Below, piece by piece: positions 20,267 through 31,493 of a stretch of DNA of 64,000 nucleotides. The notes beneath the pieces are model-generated. The model had not been told where the DNA came from and searched no databases. It saw nothing but the letters and a program-made list of their open reading frames with translations. The position numbers were made by a program, and so were the translations under genes. The DNA comes from Deferribacterales bacterium (GTDB taxonomy: Bacteria > Chrysiogenota > Deferribacteres > Deferribacterales > Geovibrionaceae). Each line of letters starts with the position of its first letter. Position 1 is the first letter of the stretch. The stretch lies in contig JBFWJS010000002.1 in assembly GCA_050253075.1 (NCBI GenBank), forward strand, positions 96,001-160,000, read 5' to 3'.

Positions 20267-21352
20267 TCAGTATCTTGGTACTTTTGAGAGCCAGCCGAAT
20301 TTGTCTTCGGCTTTGCCCGTTTGTATAGCTGTGTATGCTTCGTATATCTTTCTGGTGTTTTCACCGATACCGCCTTTGCCGACAGTGATGAGCCCGCCGC
20401 TTTCAAAGATATATTCGCTAACAGGCGTGATAACGGCAGCAGTACCGAAACCGCCCGCCTCGATGATATCGCCTGATTTAACTCCGTCGATGAAGTCGGA
20501 TATCTTCACCCTCTCCTGACGAACCTTAAAGCCTATCTCAGGCAGAAGCTCCATGACGGAGACGGATGTTATGGAACGCAGGATGGTGTCTGTGAACTCA
20601 GGTATCACGACAGTGCCGTCCTTCATGATGTGGAAGTGGTTCATAGCGCCGACTTCCTCTATATATGTGTTTGTCGCATCGAGGTAGAGTACCTGTTTTG
20701 CGTCGAACTTCTTGCTGAATTTCGCAGCCTGAAATGCCTGTCCATAGTTTCCGCAGCATTTCGCAGCACCCGTACCGCCTGATACGGCTCTGTGGTATCT
20801 CTCTGTGATGAGCAGACGGACAGTGTTTTTAAACCCGCCCTGATAGTATGCTCCGCTCGGGGAGAGTATCACGCAGTATGTGTATGTCTTGCTAGGTTCC
20901 ATGCCGAGGGCATCGTCTGTGCCGAACATGAACGGACGTATATAAAGTGACGACTCAGGGAGTGAAGGACACCACTCACGCTCTACATCAAGCAGTCTCA
21001 TGAGTGTCTCTTTCTGCAGCTCCACGGGTATCTCAGGCATGCACAGCTTCACGGCAGAGTTGTTCAGCCTTTTGGCATTTTCCTCAACTCTGAAAGCGTA
21101 CATCTCGCCGTCTTCCTGACGGAAAGCCTTTGCGCCTTCGAATATAGACTGACCGTAGTGGAGAGCCACAGCACCCGGCATGACCTCGAGCGGGCCGTAT
21201 GGGACTATGCGTGCGTTTTTCCACTCGCCGTCTGCATAGTCGATGAGAAGCATATGGTCGCTCCTCAGCTTGCCGAATGAGAGAGACTCAGCGCCTTTTA
21301 TTGAATCTGATTTACGCTGATCCTCAGGTAAAAGAGTCATTTTGATTTCCAT
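20267..21352 (-). CDS. ilvE: Branched-chain amino acid aminotransferase
   Basis: LHYGQSIFEG, LYIRP, AKCCGNY, EEVGAMN, GTAAVITPV. Confidence 0.93.
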   Translation of the reverse strand: MEIKMTLLPEDQRKSDSIKGAESLSFGKLRSDHMLLIDYADGEWKNARIVPYGPLEVMPGAVALHYGQSIFEGAKAFRQEDGEMYAFRVEENAKRLNNSAVKLCMPEIPVELQKETLMRLLDVEREWCPSLPESSLYIRPFMFGTDDALGMEPSKTYTYCVILSPSGAYYQGGFKNTVRLLITERYHRAVSGGTGAAKCCGNYGQAFQAAKFSKKFDAKQVLYLDATNTYIEEVGAMNHFHIMKDGTVVIPEFTDTILRSITSVSVMELLPEIGFKVRQERVKISDFIDGVKSGDIIEAGGFGTAAVITPVSEYIFESGGLITVGKGGIGENTRKIYEAYTAIQTGKAEDKFGWLSKVPRY

Positions 21353-21443
21353 GTCGTCCTCATAATCTGGAATTTGTTAGAAAAGAATTATATGAAATAA
21401 TAAAATCGCAGTAAAGAGCTTTGGTGTGAAATATGAAGTTTTA

Positions 21444-22694
21444 TTAAAAATAAAGTGCGACCTGTCCGTAGACACGCTTCGGAGCGGATATCAGACGTCC
21501 TGTCGCATCGTCGTAAAACCCGCCGAATTCAGTACCCGTACTTCCAAAAGGCAGATCGAGCCCGACGGTGAATATCAGGTCTTCCCTGTGGTGATACTCT
21601 ATCTTCGGCTGTAAAATATATGACATATCTCTAAGATTGACCACTGCCTGAGTGTAAAGGTCTATTGCCCTAACAGGGGTGTACTCTATGCCTATTGCAG
21701 TATAATATTCGTCCCGCAGGTTTATCTCACCCGTCTGTATCTTTCTGTACAGGTCTGGGTTATTTCGTGCATCGTCTATGCTGGCCTCGCCCAGAGAGTT
21801 GTAGTAAAGCTCTGCAAAGCCTGTTGTATCATTACCCAGCGTCAGCCACGAATAGTCTGCATTCACCACCGCCGTGATATATGCCTCTTCGCTGCCGCTA
21901 CCTGCGACGACATCACCGCCGAAACCGCCGTGGTTAAATGTCACTCTTCCGCCTAAGCCCGCTGTCTCGTCTCCGTTGTGCGTTCCGCCGTAAATGGCAA
22001 ATCTGTTCCCGTCGGTGTAACGGTTCAGCCTGAATAGTGCTGAGGAGTGGTCATAGTCTATCTCTCTGTCTTCGGGGTCTCTGCCCGGCACGATGAGAAG
22101 CTGTTCGTCTGAAAACAGCCTGCCCCGAACCCTCACAGACAGCAGATCCTGCCCCTCTTTATACTGTGCAAGGGTATCTGTCGGGGAATAAGGATTTATA
22201 AAGTCAGCCGTCTGAAATATCTGCCCATGCCCCCAGAATACAGCCTGACGTCCGAACCTGATCTCGCCCTGTCTCAGCATATATTTCAGATACAGTCTGT
22301 CCAGCCTGTGATACGCCGTCTCGCCGTTGTTATCGACATATTCCTGACTAAGGGTGAACAACTGGGTGTTATCCTTCGGTGTCCTCTCCTCTATCACATC
22401 CATGTATCCGGTGCGCCCTTCGAGAGCCTCGATGGCAGACATGTACTCGCCTTTGGAAAAGCTGTTTTCATAAGCGACAAAGAGGAGCGTATCATCCGCC
22501 ACATCCCCCTTCACCATTATGCGGGCGAGGATGCGGGCATCCACCATGGCCTGTTCGTCACCGACCATATCCATGATGGACGATGCCGAATAGGAGTCTA
22601 CAAAAGTGCGGGTTTCAAGCAGACCTTTCACCTCTGACTCAGAGCCGTAGACAAGAACAGGCAAAAAGAATATAATTAAAACTATTAAACGCAT
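21444..22694 (-). CDS. Putative outer-membrane beta-barrel protein
   Basis: Signal peptide, RLDRLY..GRQ..WG, alternating strands, C-terminal Phe. Confidence 0.65.
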   Translation of the reverse strand: MRLIVLIIFFLPVLVYGSESEVKGLLETRTFVDSYSASSIMDMVGDEQAMVDARILARIMVKGDVADDTLLFVAYENSFSKGEYMSAIEALEGRTGYMDVIEERTPKDNTQLFTLSQEYVDNNGETAYHRLDRLYLKYMLRQGEIRFGRQAVFWGHGQIFQTADFINPYSPTDTLAQYKEGQDLLSVRVRGRLFSDEQLLIVPGRDPEDREIDYDHSSALFRLNRYTDGNRFAIYGGTHNGDETAGLGGRVTFNHGGFGGDVVAGSGSEEAYITAVVNADYSWLTLGNDTTGFAELYYNSLGEASIDDARNNPDLYRKIQTGEINLRDEYYTAIGIEYTPVRAIDLYTQAVVNLRDMSYILQPKIEYHHREDLIFTVGLDLPFGSTGTEFGGFYDDATGRLISAPKRVYGQVALYF

Positions 22695-22794
22695 TCGGGA
22701 TTATAACCTTAAACATATGGTATACACAAGATTACATCTTATCTGACAGTCGGTTCAGATAAATATGCTTGTAATCTGCAATACCGGAGAAGAT

Positions 22795-24231
22795 ATGACA
22801 AACAACGTAAACGGCAATAGTGAAAAATATACTCTTATAATCGGTCTGGGCTATTTCGAGCGGGAGCTCGTCGCCCATCTCAAAGATAAGAGACCTATCA
22901 AAGTTGTTGATATAAAAGAAAGCTATGTGGAAAAGCTGGACGTGAAATTCCCCGAGGTGGACTTCATCACGGGCGATTCATCCAGCCTAGTCACATGGAA
23001 AAAGCTCGACCATCAGGCGATAGCGCAGATAATCATCACCGTGAGGGATAAGGATGTGGTGCATGAGACATGCCGACTGGTACGTGAGTTCCTGAAGCTG
23101 GAGATAATGATCATAGTCATCAGCTACGACGACTACGACACATCTATCCTCGACGAATTCAACGTCACGATCGTCCGCCCTATGCAGATGGGTCTAGACA
23201 TCATAGCGAACCTGCTGGACAAAAACGTATCATGGCCGGTAAACATCGGAAACCGCGAAGGGGAGATCGTCGAGGTTCAGGTTTTGAAAAACTCGCACCT
23301 TGTGGGGGTCAGGCTGAAACACATCCGCCCCGTCAGCTGGAGCATAGCCCTGATATATATCGACGGACGTCCGCAGATACCTAACGCAAACACACGCATA
23401 TCCGTCGGGTGCAGGGTCGTCCTCGTCGGCGAGCCGAACGTGCTTAAGGGTGTTATCGATACCCTGACAAAGGGTGAGCCGAATTTCCCTCTGCAGTTCG
23501 GGCAGAACATAGCCGTAAAGGCAACCAACCAATACCCTGAGCTCCCTGACGAAGCCATATATATGTTCAAACACACAATGGCGAAGAAAGTGAATGTGCT
23601 CCCCACCAAAGGAAAGAGCATCAAAGGACTGGCGGAGAAATTCAAAACTGAAAAGATAGAGTTCATCACAGGGGACACCATAAACTCCTATGAAGATATA
23701 GTAGACTATAAAGACGGTATGCTCGTCCTGCCGAAGAAGACATCAATATTCTCTGGCAGATATTACCGCAGATTCTTCAGCAATGCAGAGTCGCCACTCC
23801 TCTTCACCCATGGGCATACATCATACGACAGGGTCGTCATCAGCCTTAATACGGAGACCCCCGCATTTGTTCTTGAGACAGGTGTGGAGCTGGCGAAGCT
23901 GCTCATGACGAAATACTCCGTAATATACGTGAATCGTGTGGAGAATGTCCGCAGTCAGAAAGACGTGGACTATCTGAACTACCGCAAGAACCTCATCGCC
24001 GACTTCGAGATGACAGACGGCGTGACTATAGACCACACTATACTAGAGGGGAACCCCGTCATGGAGACCCTCAGCCATATGGAAGGATACGAAGGGGAGA
24101 ACTGTCTGCTTGTCATGACATTCGACCCTGAGGATAAGATAACCGTCTTCGACCCGAATGTGCAGTATCACCTTGCTAGAAAGACAAAGTGCAGCGTGCT
24201 CGCCATACCTGTTGAGGACACCCATGCATAG
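22795..24231 (+). CDS. TrkA-N/TrkA-C (RCK) protein with C-terminal USP-like domain
   Basis: IIGLGYF Rossmann start, GD..., RCK_C segment, USP-like tail (GNPV...ARKTKCSVLAIP). Confidence 0.75.
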   Translation: MTNNVNGNSEKYTLIIGLGYFERELVAHLKDKRPIKVVDIKESYVEKLDVKFPEVDFITGDSSSLVTWKKLDHQAIAQIIITVRDKDVVHETCRLVREFLKLEIMIIVISYDDYDTSILDEFNVTIVRPMQMGLDIIANLLDKNVSWPVNIGNREGEIVEVQVLKNSHLVGVRLKHIRPVSWSIALIYIDGRPQIPNANTRISVGCRVVLVGEPNVLKGVIDTLTKGEPNFPLQFGQNIAVKATNQYPELPDEAIYMFKHTMAKKVNVLPTKGKSIKGLAEKFKTEKIEFITGDTINSYEDIVDYKDGMLVLPKKTSIFSGRYYRRFFSNAESPLLFTHGHTSYDRVVISLNTETPAFVLETGVELAKLLMTKYSVIYVNRVENVRSQKDVDYLNYRKNLIADFEMTDGVTIDHTILEGNPVMETLSHMEGYEGENCLLVMTFDPEDKITVFDPNVQYHLARKTKCSVLAIPVEDTHA

Positions 24232-25381
24232 CGCAGAAGCATTACTCCTGCTCCTATTTGTGGTCGGTGCATACGTTGCGCCTATTATATCAAAAAAGAT
24301 ACTCATCCCCCCTGCGGTGGGCGAGATACTCTTCGGCATAGCCATTGCGCCACTATACCATAAGCTGATGCACACACAGGAGATAGTCAGCTTCCTTGCG
24401 GAGCTCGGCTTCCTCATACTTATGTATCTGGCAGGGCTGGAGGTTGATTTTGAAAATATCAGCCGCATGCGCAAAAGCGAGCTGTGGAGCTATTTTGCCT
24501 CTATAGTCCTTGTCGCCGTGCTTTCTGTCACTGCCGTGCTCATACTGGGGCAGTCGCCCCTTATGGCCGTCGCATATATGACGATAGCCATCGGTCTGCT
24601 CTTCCCTGTTCTGCAGGATCTGAACCTGCTGGACAAGCCCGAGGGGCAGTCGCTACTTGTGCTCGGAGGCATAGGCGAGGTGTTTTCTCTTGTGGGGCTG
24701 ACACTCGTGTCGCTCTATTACCAATACGGTCTGGGAGCGGAGGCAATGCTTCACTTCTCATACCTCATCATGTTTGTTATATCCATCTTTGCACTGACAA
24801 AGGTGTTTAACCTGCTGGTATGGTGGTATCCGAGGATATCCAGCATGATAACCACTACGGGCACGGCATCGGAGATGGGCATCAGGGCAAACTTCGTGAA
24901 CATGTTTATCTTCGTGGCGGGCGCAGTGCTCATAGGTGTCGAGCCAATCATCGGGGCTTTCATCGGGGGGCTGATATTCTCTCTGCTGTTTAAGACAAAG
25001 CACGATATACAGGAAGTTTTCAGCGGTGTGGGGAACGGTTTTCTCATACCCATATTCTTTATAAATGTCGGACTGAATTTTAATATATCATATCTGGCAG
25101 ATATTAACGTCATAGCAGGAGCAATTATAATATCGCTCCTTTTGCTTGTTATCAGATATCTGTCTATGATACATTTCCTCTTCACGGGGATGTCTTTCAG
25201 GCTGTTCATGGTGGCGCCCGTTGCGCTTTCGTTTCCGCTGACCCTTATGGTTACGGTTGCGATGTTCGGACTGAGCTATAAGATGCTGGACGAGACAGAC
25301 GCAGCCATGCTCATCATATCGGCACTGCTGACGGCTATAGTCTATCCCGTGCTGACAAAACAGCTTGCGAAGCGATTTTAA
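24224..25381 (+). CDS. Cation:proton antiporter (CPA2)
   Basis: GEILFG, LAELG..LMYLAGLE.D, GAFIGG, PIFFINVG; about 12 TM helices. Confidence 0.88.
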   Translation: MHSAEALLLLLFVVGAYVAPIISKKILIPPAVGEILFGIAIAPLYHKLMHTQEIVSFLAELGFLILMYLAGLEVDFENISRMRKSELWSYFASIVLVAVLSVTAVLILGQSPLMAVAYMTIAIGLLFPVLQDLNLLDKPEGQSLLVLGGIGEVFSLVGLTLVSLYYQYGLGAEAMLHFSYLIMFVISIFALTKVFNLLVWWYPRISSMITTTGTASEMGIRANFVNMFIFVAGAVLIGVEPIIGAFIGGLIFSLLFKTKHDIQEVFSGVGNGFLIPIFFINVGLNFNISYLADINVIAGAIIISLLLLVIRYLSMIHFLFTGMSFRLFMVAPVALSFPLTLMVTVAMFGLSYKMLDETDAAMLIISALLTAIVYPVLTKQLAKRF

Positions 25382-25399
25382 TTTTACGGAGATTCACAT

Positions 25400-26245
25400 A
25401 TGCCTTTTGAAAATGAAGTTCTTATCAGAGTAGCGGCGACGGTATTTGCGGTATTAGTACTGCTGACACTGCGGAAGCTCTCTGTGAATATAGTGATGAA
25501 GAAGGAATTCATCCACAAAGAGCAGAAGATGCGTGCGGTGATATACACCCGCAAAGTGTTCATGACGCTGATAATACTGTCTGTTTCATTCATCTGGCTG
25601 ACACACATAAAAGACTTTGCAATATCCATAACAGCCCTCGCCGTTGCCATCGTAATAGCGACGAAAGAGCTGATACTCTGCGTCAGCGGAGGTATATTAA
25701 AGAACTATGCACAGTCTTACCGCATAGGTGACAGAGTGCGCATAGGCGAATACAGAGGCGACGTGGTGAACTATGACCTGCTCTCCACCACAATACTAGA
25801 GATCGGCCCGGGGGAGAAATCCCATCAATATACAGGACGCTCCATCAGCGTGCCTAACAGCATGTTTCTCTCGCTGCCGCTGGTGAACGAGACACTCAGC
25901 GACGACTATATGCTCCATGTCTTCACCATACCTCTCAATGCGGCGTCCGACTGGCAGAGAGCCGAGCAGGAGCTGCTGAAAGCGTCTAACGAGATCGTGA
26001 GCGAGTATAAGGAAGAAGCACAAAAACTGATGGAAAAGATAGGCAGTAAGACAGGCTTCGAAGCGCCGAACGCAGACCCGAGGGTCACCATCACTCTGCC
26101 CGATAAAGACACCATACACCTTATGGTCCGTGTCCCCGTCCCTTCACGCAGAAAAGGAAAGATAGAACAGGCAATCCTGCGCAGATTCCTCGAGAGTTTT
26201 AAAGGATTTGGCGAATACTCTTCTCCGTATCCGCCAAGCAACTGA
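25400..26245 (+). CDS. Mechanosensitive channel, MscS family
   Basis: TM N-terminus, YRIGDRVRIG..GDV, VPNS. Confidence 0.88.
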   Translation: MPFENEVLIRVAATVFAVLVLLTLRKLSVNIVMKKEFIHKEQKMRAVIYTRKVFMTLIILSVSFIWLTHIKDFAISITALAVAIVIATKELILCVSGGILKNYAQSYRIGDRVRIGEYRGDVVNYDLLSTTILEIGPGEKSHQYTGRSISVPNSMFLSLPLVNETLSDDYMLHVFTIPLNAASDWQRAEQELLKASNEIVSEYKEEAQKLMEKIGSKTGFEAPNADPRVTITLPDKDTIHLMVRVPVPSRRKGKIEQAILRRFLESFKGFGEYSSPYPPSN

Positions 26246-26248
26246 TAT

Positions 26249-26566
26249 TTACTCTGCGATGTATGAACAGCAGTAATCTGCGAATGTATCTGTAGATACT
26301 TTGAAAAGGCTGTTTGCGGGTATTTCGAATGATTCGCCCGCTTCCACGGTGATCCACTCATCGCTCCCCGGCAGAAGCACATTCAGGCTGCCTCCGAGTA
26401 TCTCCATAACCTCTTTCAGGTTTGTGTCGAACTCGTATTCGCCTGGATTGATAAAGCCGAGGGTCTTTTTAACGCCGTCAGCGAAAAGGACTGTCCTGCT
26501 GGTTACTCCGCCGTCGAAATATACGTTCGCCTTTTTTATAACACTTACATTTTCAAATTTATCCAT
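26249..26566 (-). CDS. ppnP: Pyrimidine/purine nucleoside phosphorylase (DUF1255)
   Basis: [32 protein letters not shown]. Confidence 0.9.
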   Translation of the reverse strand: MDKFENVSVIKKANVYFDGGVTSRTVLFADGVKKTLGFINPGEYEFDTNLKEVMEILGGSLNVLLPGSDEWITVEAGESFEIPANSLFKVSTDTFADYCCSYIAE

Positions 26567-26713
26567 GATCTCCTCCTGATATAGAAGCTAACGGATTTTA
26601 ATCACAATTATATTTTTTACAAGAATTTTCAGTGATCCATGTATATAATAAACCTGTAACGACCATAACGCCTTACATAATGAACTCTGTATTCACCGTA
26701 TAAGGAGCCTATC

Positions 26714-27031
26714 TTGAGCAATTTCGCTAAAACACCCGAACCGCCCTACTATGCCGTTATATTCACATCGGACAGGACAGACGGAGACAACGGATACGCC
26801 GAAATGGCCGACAGAATGGTTGAGCTCGCATCAAAACAGCCCGGATTTCTCGGTGCAGAATCCGCACGGGAAGGTACAGGCATCACCGTCTCCTACTGGA
26901 AAGACATGGAATCCATAAACAACTGGAAGAACAATCCCGAACACCTTCAGGCACAGAAAACAGGTCGAGAAAAATGGTACAGCGGTTTTATAACACGGAT
27001 AGCAAAAGTCGAGCGGGATAACTCATTTTAG
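26714..27031 (+). CDS. Antibiotic biosynthesis monooxygenase family protein
   Basis: PYYAVIFTS, QPGFLG.ES, ITVSYW, H..AQ..GRE.WY. Confidence 0.88.
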   Translation: MSNFAKTPEPPYYAVIFTSDRTDGDNGYAEMADRMVELASKQPGFLGAESAREGTGITVSYWKDMESINNWKNNPEHLQAQKTGREKWYSGFITRIAKVERDNSF

Positions 27032-27104
27032 TTTTATAAATCAGAATCTTTGTTTTAAGTGCATCACGAGCCGTTACATCCTCCAAAAATCACGCCACCG
27101 TATA

Positions 27105-27123
27105 GATAATGATTTTCATTTGC
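27105..27123. promoter_or_regulatory. Possible Fur-family box upstream of aldB
   Basis: GATAATGATTTTCATTTGC matches 15/19 of the GATAATGATAATCATTATC consensus. Confidence 0.35.
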
Positions 27124-27338
27124 ATAACAACAAGTAAGCATCGTTTTAAGACCTTTATAATCCCGCTACACAACATGCAAATAGCAAAACCCTGTTCTGA
27201 TACCCTTGACGCCTCTATCTGAGGAACTATATTTAGTATATGTCGATAATGACTTTTTAGAAATATGCTAAGCCTGTATGCAAAGGTGACTGCAGTAACT
27301 TAGCTACATACCCTATATAACCCTTTTTGGAGGTAATA

Positions 27339-28865
27339 ATGGGAAAAGTATATGAAGCCCCCGGCAAACCGGGGAGCATTGTTTCGCTAAAACCACGTTA
27401 CGACAACTTTATTGGCGGCAAATGGGTAGCTCCTGTAAAGGGGCAGTATATGCCTAACATCACCCCTGCAACCGGAAAAGTTTTTTGTGAAGTTGCTAAA
27501 TCAACAGCAGCAGACGTAGAGCTCGCTCTCGATGCTGCCCACAAAGCAAAAGACGCATGGGGAGAGACATCATTAACCGAAAGAGCTGCAGTTCTGAACA
27601 AAATTGCAGACGCCATAGAAGCCAATCTTGAGATGCTTGCCGTAGCAGAAAGCTGGGAAAACGGTAAACCCGTGAGGGAAACCCTCGCAGCAGACATACC
27701 TCTTGCGGTAGATCACTTCCGTTATTTTGCCGGAGCTACACGCTCCCTCGAAGGCACTCTGACAGAAATCGACAAAGACACCGTAGCTTATCATTTCCAT
27801 GAGCCGCTCGGCGTTGTCGGACAGATCATCCCCTTTAACTTCCCTATCCTTATGGCAGCGTGGAAGATAGCCCCCGCTCTGGCGGCAGGCAACTGTACCG
27901 TGCTAAAACCTGCGTCTCCTACTCCTTGGTCTATCCTGAAACTGGCAGAAGTTATCGCTGATGTCGTTCCGGAAGGTGTTATAAACATCATAACAGGCCC
28001 TGGCGGAGAGATAGGCAAGGCCCTTGCCACAAGCCCTCGTATTGCCAAAATAGGCTTCACAGGGGAAACAACAACAGGCCGCCTCATCATGCAGTATGCA
28101 GCACAAAACATCATCCCTTCCACCACGGAACTCGGCGGAAAGTCGCCTAACATCTTTTTCGAAGACGTTATGGCAGAGGATGATTCATTCCTTGATAAAG
28201 CTATCGAAGGCCTTGTGCTTTATGCCTTTAACAAAGGCGAAGTTTGTACTTGTCCTTCCCGTGCACTCATTCAGGAATCAATATATGACAAATTTATGGA
28301 GCGCTGTCTCAAACGTATCGAAAAGATCGTTCAGGGCAACCCTCTGGATACAGCCACAATGATAGGACCACAGGTCTCCACATCCCAGATAGAAAAGATC
28401 ACCGGATATGTAGACATAGGTAAACAGGAAGGCGCACAGTGTCTCATCGGAGGCGAGCGCAATGTCCTCGGCGGCGAGTTTGCAGACGGCTACTATTTCA
28501 AACCGACTATACTCAAAGGCGAAAACAGCATGAGAGTATTTCAGGAAGAGATATTCGGTCCTGTACTTGCAGTGACAACTTTCAAAGACGAAGCAGAAGC
28601 TCTTAAAATAGCCAACGACACCCTTTACGGCCTCGGCGCAGGCGTATGGACAAGGGACGGAAACCGTGCATACCGCATGGGACGTGCTATAAAAGCGGGT
28701 CGGGTTTGGACAAACTGTTACCACCTCTACCCTGCGGGAGCAGCATTCGGCGGATATAAAATCTCCGGTATCGGAAGGGAAAACCACCAGATGATGCTTG
28801 AGCACTATACCCAGACTAAAAACCTGCTGGTAAGCTACAGCGAGAAACCGCTGGGATTCTTTTAA
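27339..28865 (+). CDS. aldB: Aldehyde dehydrogenase (AldB/ExaC type)
   Basis: [39 protein letters not shown]. Confidence 0.93.
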   Translation: MGKVYEAPGKPGSIVSLKPRYDNFIGGKWVAPVKGQYMPNITPATGKVFCEVAKSTAADVELALDAAHKAKDAWGETSLTERAAVLNKIADAIEANLEMLAVAESWENGKPVRETLAADIPLAVDHFRYFAGATRSLEGTLTEIDKDTVAYHFHEPLGVVGQIIPFNFPILMAAWKIAPALAAGNCTVLKPASPTPWSILKLAEVIADVVPEGVINIITGPGGEIGKALATSPRIAKIGFTGETTTGRLIMQYAAQNIIPSTTELGGKSPNIFFEDVMAEDDSFLDKAIEGLVLYAFNKGEVCTCPSRALIQESIYDKFMERCLKRIEKIVQGNPLDTATMIGPQVSTSQIEKITGYVDIGKQEGAQCLIGGERNVLGGEFADGYYFKPTILKGENSMRVFQEEIFGPVLAVTTFKDEAEALKIANDTLYGLGAGVWTRDGNRAYRMGRAIKAGRVWTNCYHLYPAGAAFGGYKISGIGRENHQMMLEHYTQTKNLLVSYSEKPLGFF

Positions 28866-28875
28866 CGAGAAAGGC

Positions 28876-29250
28876 ATGAAAACACCAACAGGAGAACCGG
28901 CAGTAATCGCCACAAAAGAAGCTCTGGAAGCTATTGAACGACTGAAGGAAGAGCATGGCCATATCATGTTTTTTCAATCAGGAGGATGTTGTGACGGCAG
29001 TCTGCCGATGTGTTTCGGAAAGGATGAATTTATAGTAGGTGATAATGACGTCATGCTCGGAGAACTGGGCGGAAGCCCTTTCTACATAGACTTTCGTCAG
29101 TACGAAGTTTGGAAGCACACTCAGCTTATACTGGATGTAGGAGAAGGTGCACCGGAAGGCTTTTCGCTCCCCGCAGGAGAGGACAGCCACTTTATAACAA
29201 GATCACGGGTATGTTCTATCCCGACCGAAAAAACAGACGGCCAGCCCTAA
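28876..29250 (+). CDS. DUF779 family protein
   Basis: QSGGCCDGS.PMC, W.HTQL.LDV; usual aldB neighbour. Confidence 0.9.
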   Translation: MKTPTGEPAVIATKEALEAIERLKEEHGHIMFFQSGGCCDGSLPMCFGKDEFIVGDNDVMLGELGGSPFYIDFRQYEVWKHTQLILDVGEGAPEGFSLPAGEDSHFITRSRVCSIPTEKTDGQP

Positions 29251-29331
29251 GAAAGCTGCCGACCAAATTCTTAACAACTAATGAGGGGCATTAATTTGCC
29301 CCTCTTTTTATGTGACTATCTATATACGGCT

Positions 29332-30102
29332 CTACTTACGTCCGCCGCCGCCACCGGAGCCGCCTCCGCCGCCTGAACCGCCTTTACCGCCTGAGCCTCC
29401 GCCCATTCCGCCGCTCATTCCGCCTGACGAACTGCCCATGTCGGAAGCAGACCTGCCTGCCTTCATACCGCTTTCCATACGGTCAGCCATATCGGACGCA
29501 TTCCCCATGGATGCCCCCTGCATAAAAGCAGATCGGTATTCATTTATCTGTGACCGGTTCATGCCTGATGCCTGTACAGCCACCCTGCTGACCTTACTCT
29601 CCTCCACACCGTACTGCATCATTGTTTTGTACAGCTGCATAACGGCATAGGTGTATTCCGCTGACTTGAGCTCTTCGATGGTTTTATCCAGCATCTGACG
29701 TGTAGCTCCTGCCGCCATAGCATCCGCCACGGCATCGCAGAATCCGTTTTTATCAGCCTGTTTCACCTGCATCTTATCCGCCAGCTGCGACGCATATTCA
29801 TACCTTGCGCCGATGGCTTCCACAGCACCCATTATCCTCGCCTCGGGGACATTTTTAGCTATCCCTTCCGCCACTTTTTCCATAACACTTACGGCCTGCG
29901 AGCCAATCCTTTTCTGCATCATTTCTTTTATACGCAGGGTGCTTTCAGCGGCGAAATTCATCGTCTTAAGCTCATTAGCCACCTGCACGGCAAACTCCGC
30001 AGGAACTCCCGCATCAACCGCTACGTCAGAAATATCTGTGTATTCATCCGCAAAAGCGTTTATGGAAAATATCATAAGTGTTATCATGATCAGCTTTTTC
30101 AT
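29332..30102 (-). CDS. Secreted helical protein with Gly-rich C-terminus
   Basis: Signal peptide (…NAFA); last gene of the ECF cluster. Confidence 0.75.
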   Translation of the reverse strand: MKKLIMITLMIFSINAFADEYTDISDVAVDAGVPAEFAVQVANELKTMNFAAESTLRIKEMMQKRIGSQAVSVMEKVAEGIAKNVPEARIMGAVEAIGARYEYASQLADKMQVKQADKNGFCDAVADAMAAGATRQMLDKTIEELKSAEYTYAVMQLYKTMMQYGVEESKVSRVAVQASGMNRSQINEYRSAFMQGASMGNASDMADRMESGMKAGRSASDMGSSSGGMSGGMGGGSGGKGGSGGGGGSGGGGGRK

Positions 30103-30103
30103 A

Positions 30104-30418
30104 TCAGTTCTCCTCGTAAATGCATAACTGCCCGCCGAAGCCGTCGTTCTCTCTCATACTGCATTCAGGCAGATACATCTTTCCGTCTACGGTCAGGAAA
30201 TACCTCGTCCCTTCTTTGAAAGGGAAGCTCCCGAGCCATTTATCTTTGTCATTATTCAGTTTTATCTTTTTATATCCGTTGGCAGAGGTATAGAGGTAAA
30301 CCTCGCCGACATCCTTTATCATAAACTTTGCATCCACCGCATCCGCCTTTCTCACCATGCTGTAGTTCGCACAGCCCTGCAGGAGAATTATCAGCGCAGT
30401 AATGAGCAGATATCTCAA
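30104..30418 (-). CDS. Lipoprotein with degenerate CBM48/AMPK-beta-like domain
   Basis: LQGC lipobox; YFLTVDG...NDGFGG shared with the adjacent anti-sigma. Confidence 0.7.
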   Translation of the reverse strand: MRYLLITALIILLQGCANYSMVRKADAVDAKFMIKDVGEVYLYTSANGYKKIKLNNDKDKWLGSFPFKEGTRYFLTVDGKMYLPECSMRENDGFGGQLCIYEEN

Positions 30419-30972
30419 ATCTTTTCCCCGACGGTGATCACAGAGTTTTCACCGCCGAAACCGTCATTCTGCCTGGCACGGACAGTCGGGTCGGGTAGCT
30501 GTATCTTACCGTCTACAATGTATGTATATGAGTATTCGCCGTTTTCCAGAGGCAGAGTCACCTGCCAGTAGCCCCCGCCGGCACTCGTCATGTTTATCGG
30601 CTTCCATCCGTTGAAAGAACCTGTCAGCTCTACATTTGCAGCGTCAGGGTTATATATGACGAACCTGTGCTGGAGCTTCGCCGTATCCACCGAAGGCGCA
30701 AACATAAAGACCTTCAGCATCAGTACAAGAGAAGCAGCCAGAGCCGTGAAAGAGACATAAGCCGTTATATTTACAGGCTTTTTCTCTTTAAAAACAGGGA
30801 GCTCAGGCACGTGAATATCCTCTGTGCCGAACATCTGCTCTGTCTCCAGCATGCCGAGGGCGTCGCTGAAATATGCCTCACTGCCGTGCACCTCTTTGAT
30901 GAACTCTATCTTCTCGCTGAGGTTCAACTCGTTGTCTATATACTGGCTGATGAGTATCTCTTTTTCACTCAT
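30415..30972 (-). CDS. Membrane anti-sigma factor with extracytoplasmic CBM48/glycogen-binding-like domain
   Basis: ISQYIDNEL anti-sigma-like N-terminus, one TM helix, V.LTGSFNGW...W..TLPL..GEY.Y..IVDG...DP....DGFGG.NSV. Confidence 0.82.
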   Translation of the reverse strand: MSEKEILISQYIDNELNLSEKIEFIKEVHGSEAYFSDALGMLETEQMFGTEDIHVPELPVFKEKKPVNITAYVSFTALAASLVLMLKVFMFAPSVDTAKLQHRFVIYNPDAANVELTGSFNGWKPINMTSAGGGYWQVTLPLENGEYSYTYIVDGKIQLPDPTVRARQNDGFGGENSVITVGEKI

Positions 30973-31447
30973 TTTCCGCCTCCATCATCTCTTTCAGTCT
31001 TTTTCTCGCTCGGAATATCTTTACCTTCACATTCGCTTTGGACATCTTCTTTATCTCGGCTATCTCGTCGTAGGACATGCCGTCTGAGCCGGCCATAGAG
31101 AGCAGTTCCCGCTCTTCCCCGCTGAGTTTATCCATCAGGTCAAAGACCCTCTGCTTCGAAGCCCTGCCTATGATGACATTTTCAGGGTTGTTATCATCCT
31201 CTATGTCCATGTCGCCCAGCTCGGTATTTCTCGACTGCTTTTTAAGCCCATCGAGGAAGATGCTTTTAGCCACCGTGAAAAGCAGCGCAGAGCTATGCCT
31301 ATCTGGATATGTTTTTGCATATTTTATGAAAGTGTCCTGAAAGATGTCTTCTGCCTCGTCGGGGCTCCCAGTCATTTTTACGAGATAGCCAAAGAGCTTC
31401 TTTCTGTTGCTTTCAAAAAAGGCCGTTAATTCTGCGTTGTTTCTCAT
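30965..31447 (-). CDS. ECF RNA polymerase sigma factor
   Basis: DEAEDIFQDTF, SYDEIA, VKVKIFRARKRL. Confidence 0.93.
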   Translation of the reverse strand: MRNNAELTAFFESNRKKLFGYLVKMTGSPDEAEDIFQDTFIKYAKTYPDRHSSALLFTVAKSIFLDGLKKQSRNTELGDMDIEDDNNPENVIIGRASKQRVFDLMDKLSGEERELLSMAGSDGMSYDEIAEIKKMSKANVKVKIFRARKRLKEMMEAENE

Positions 31448-31493
31448 GATAGATTATAGGCGGGAATTGCTCCCCGCCCAACATTTTTTTATA

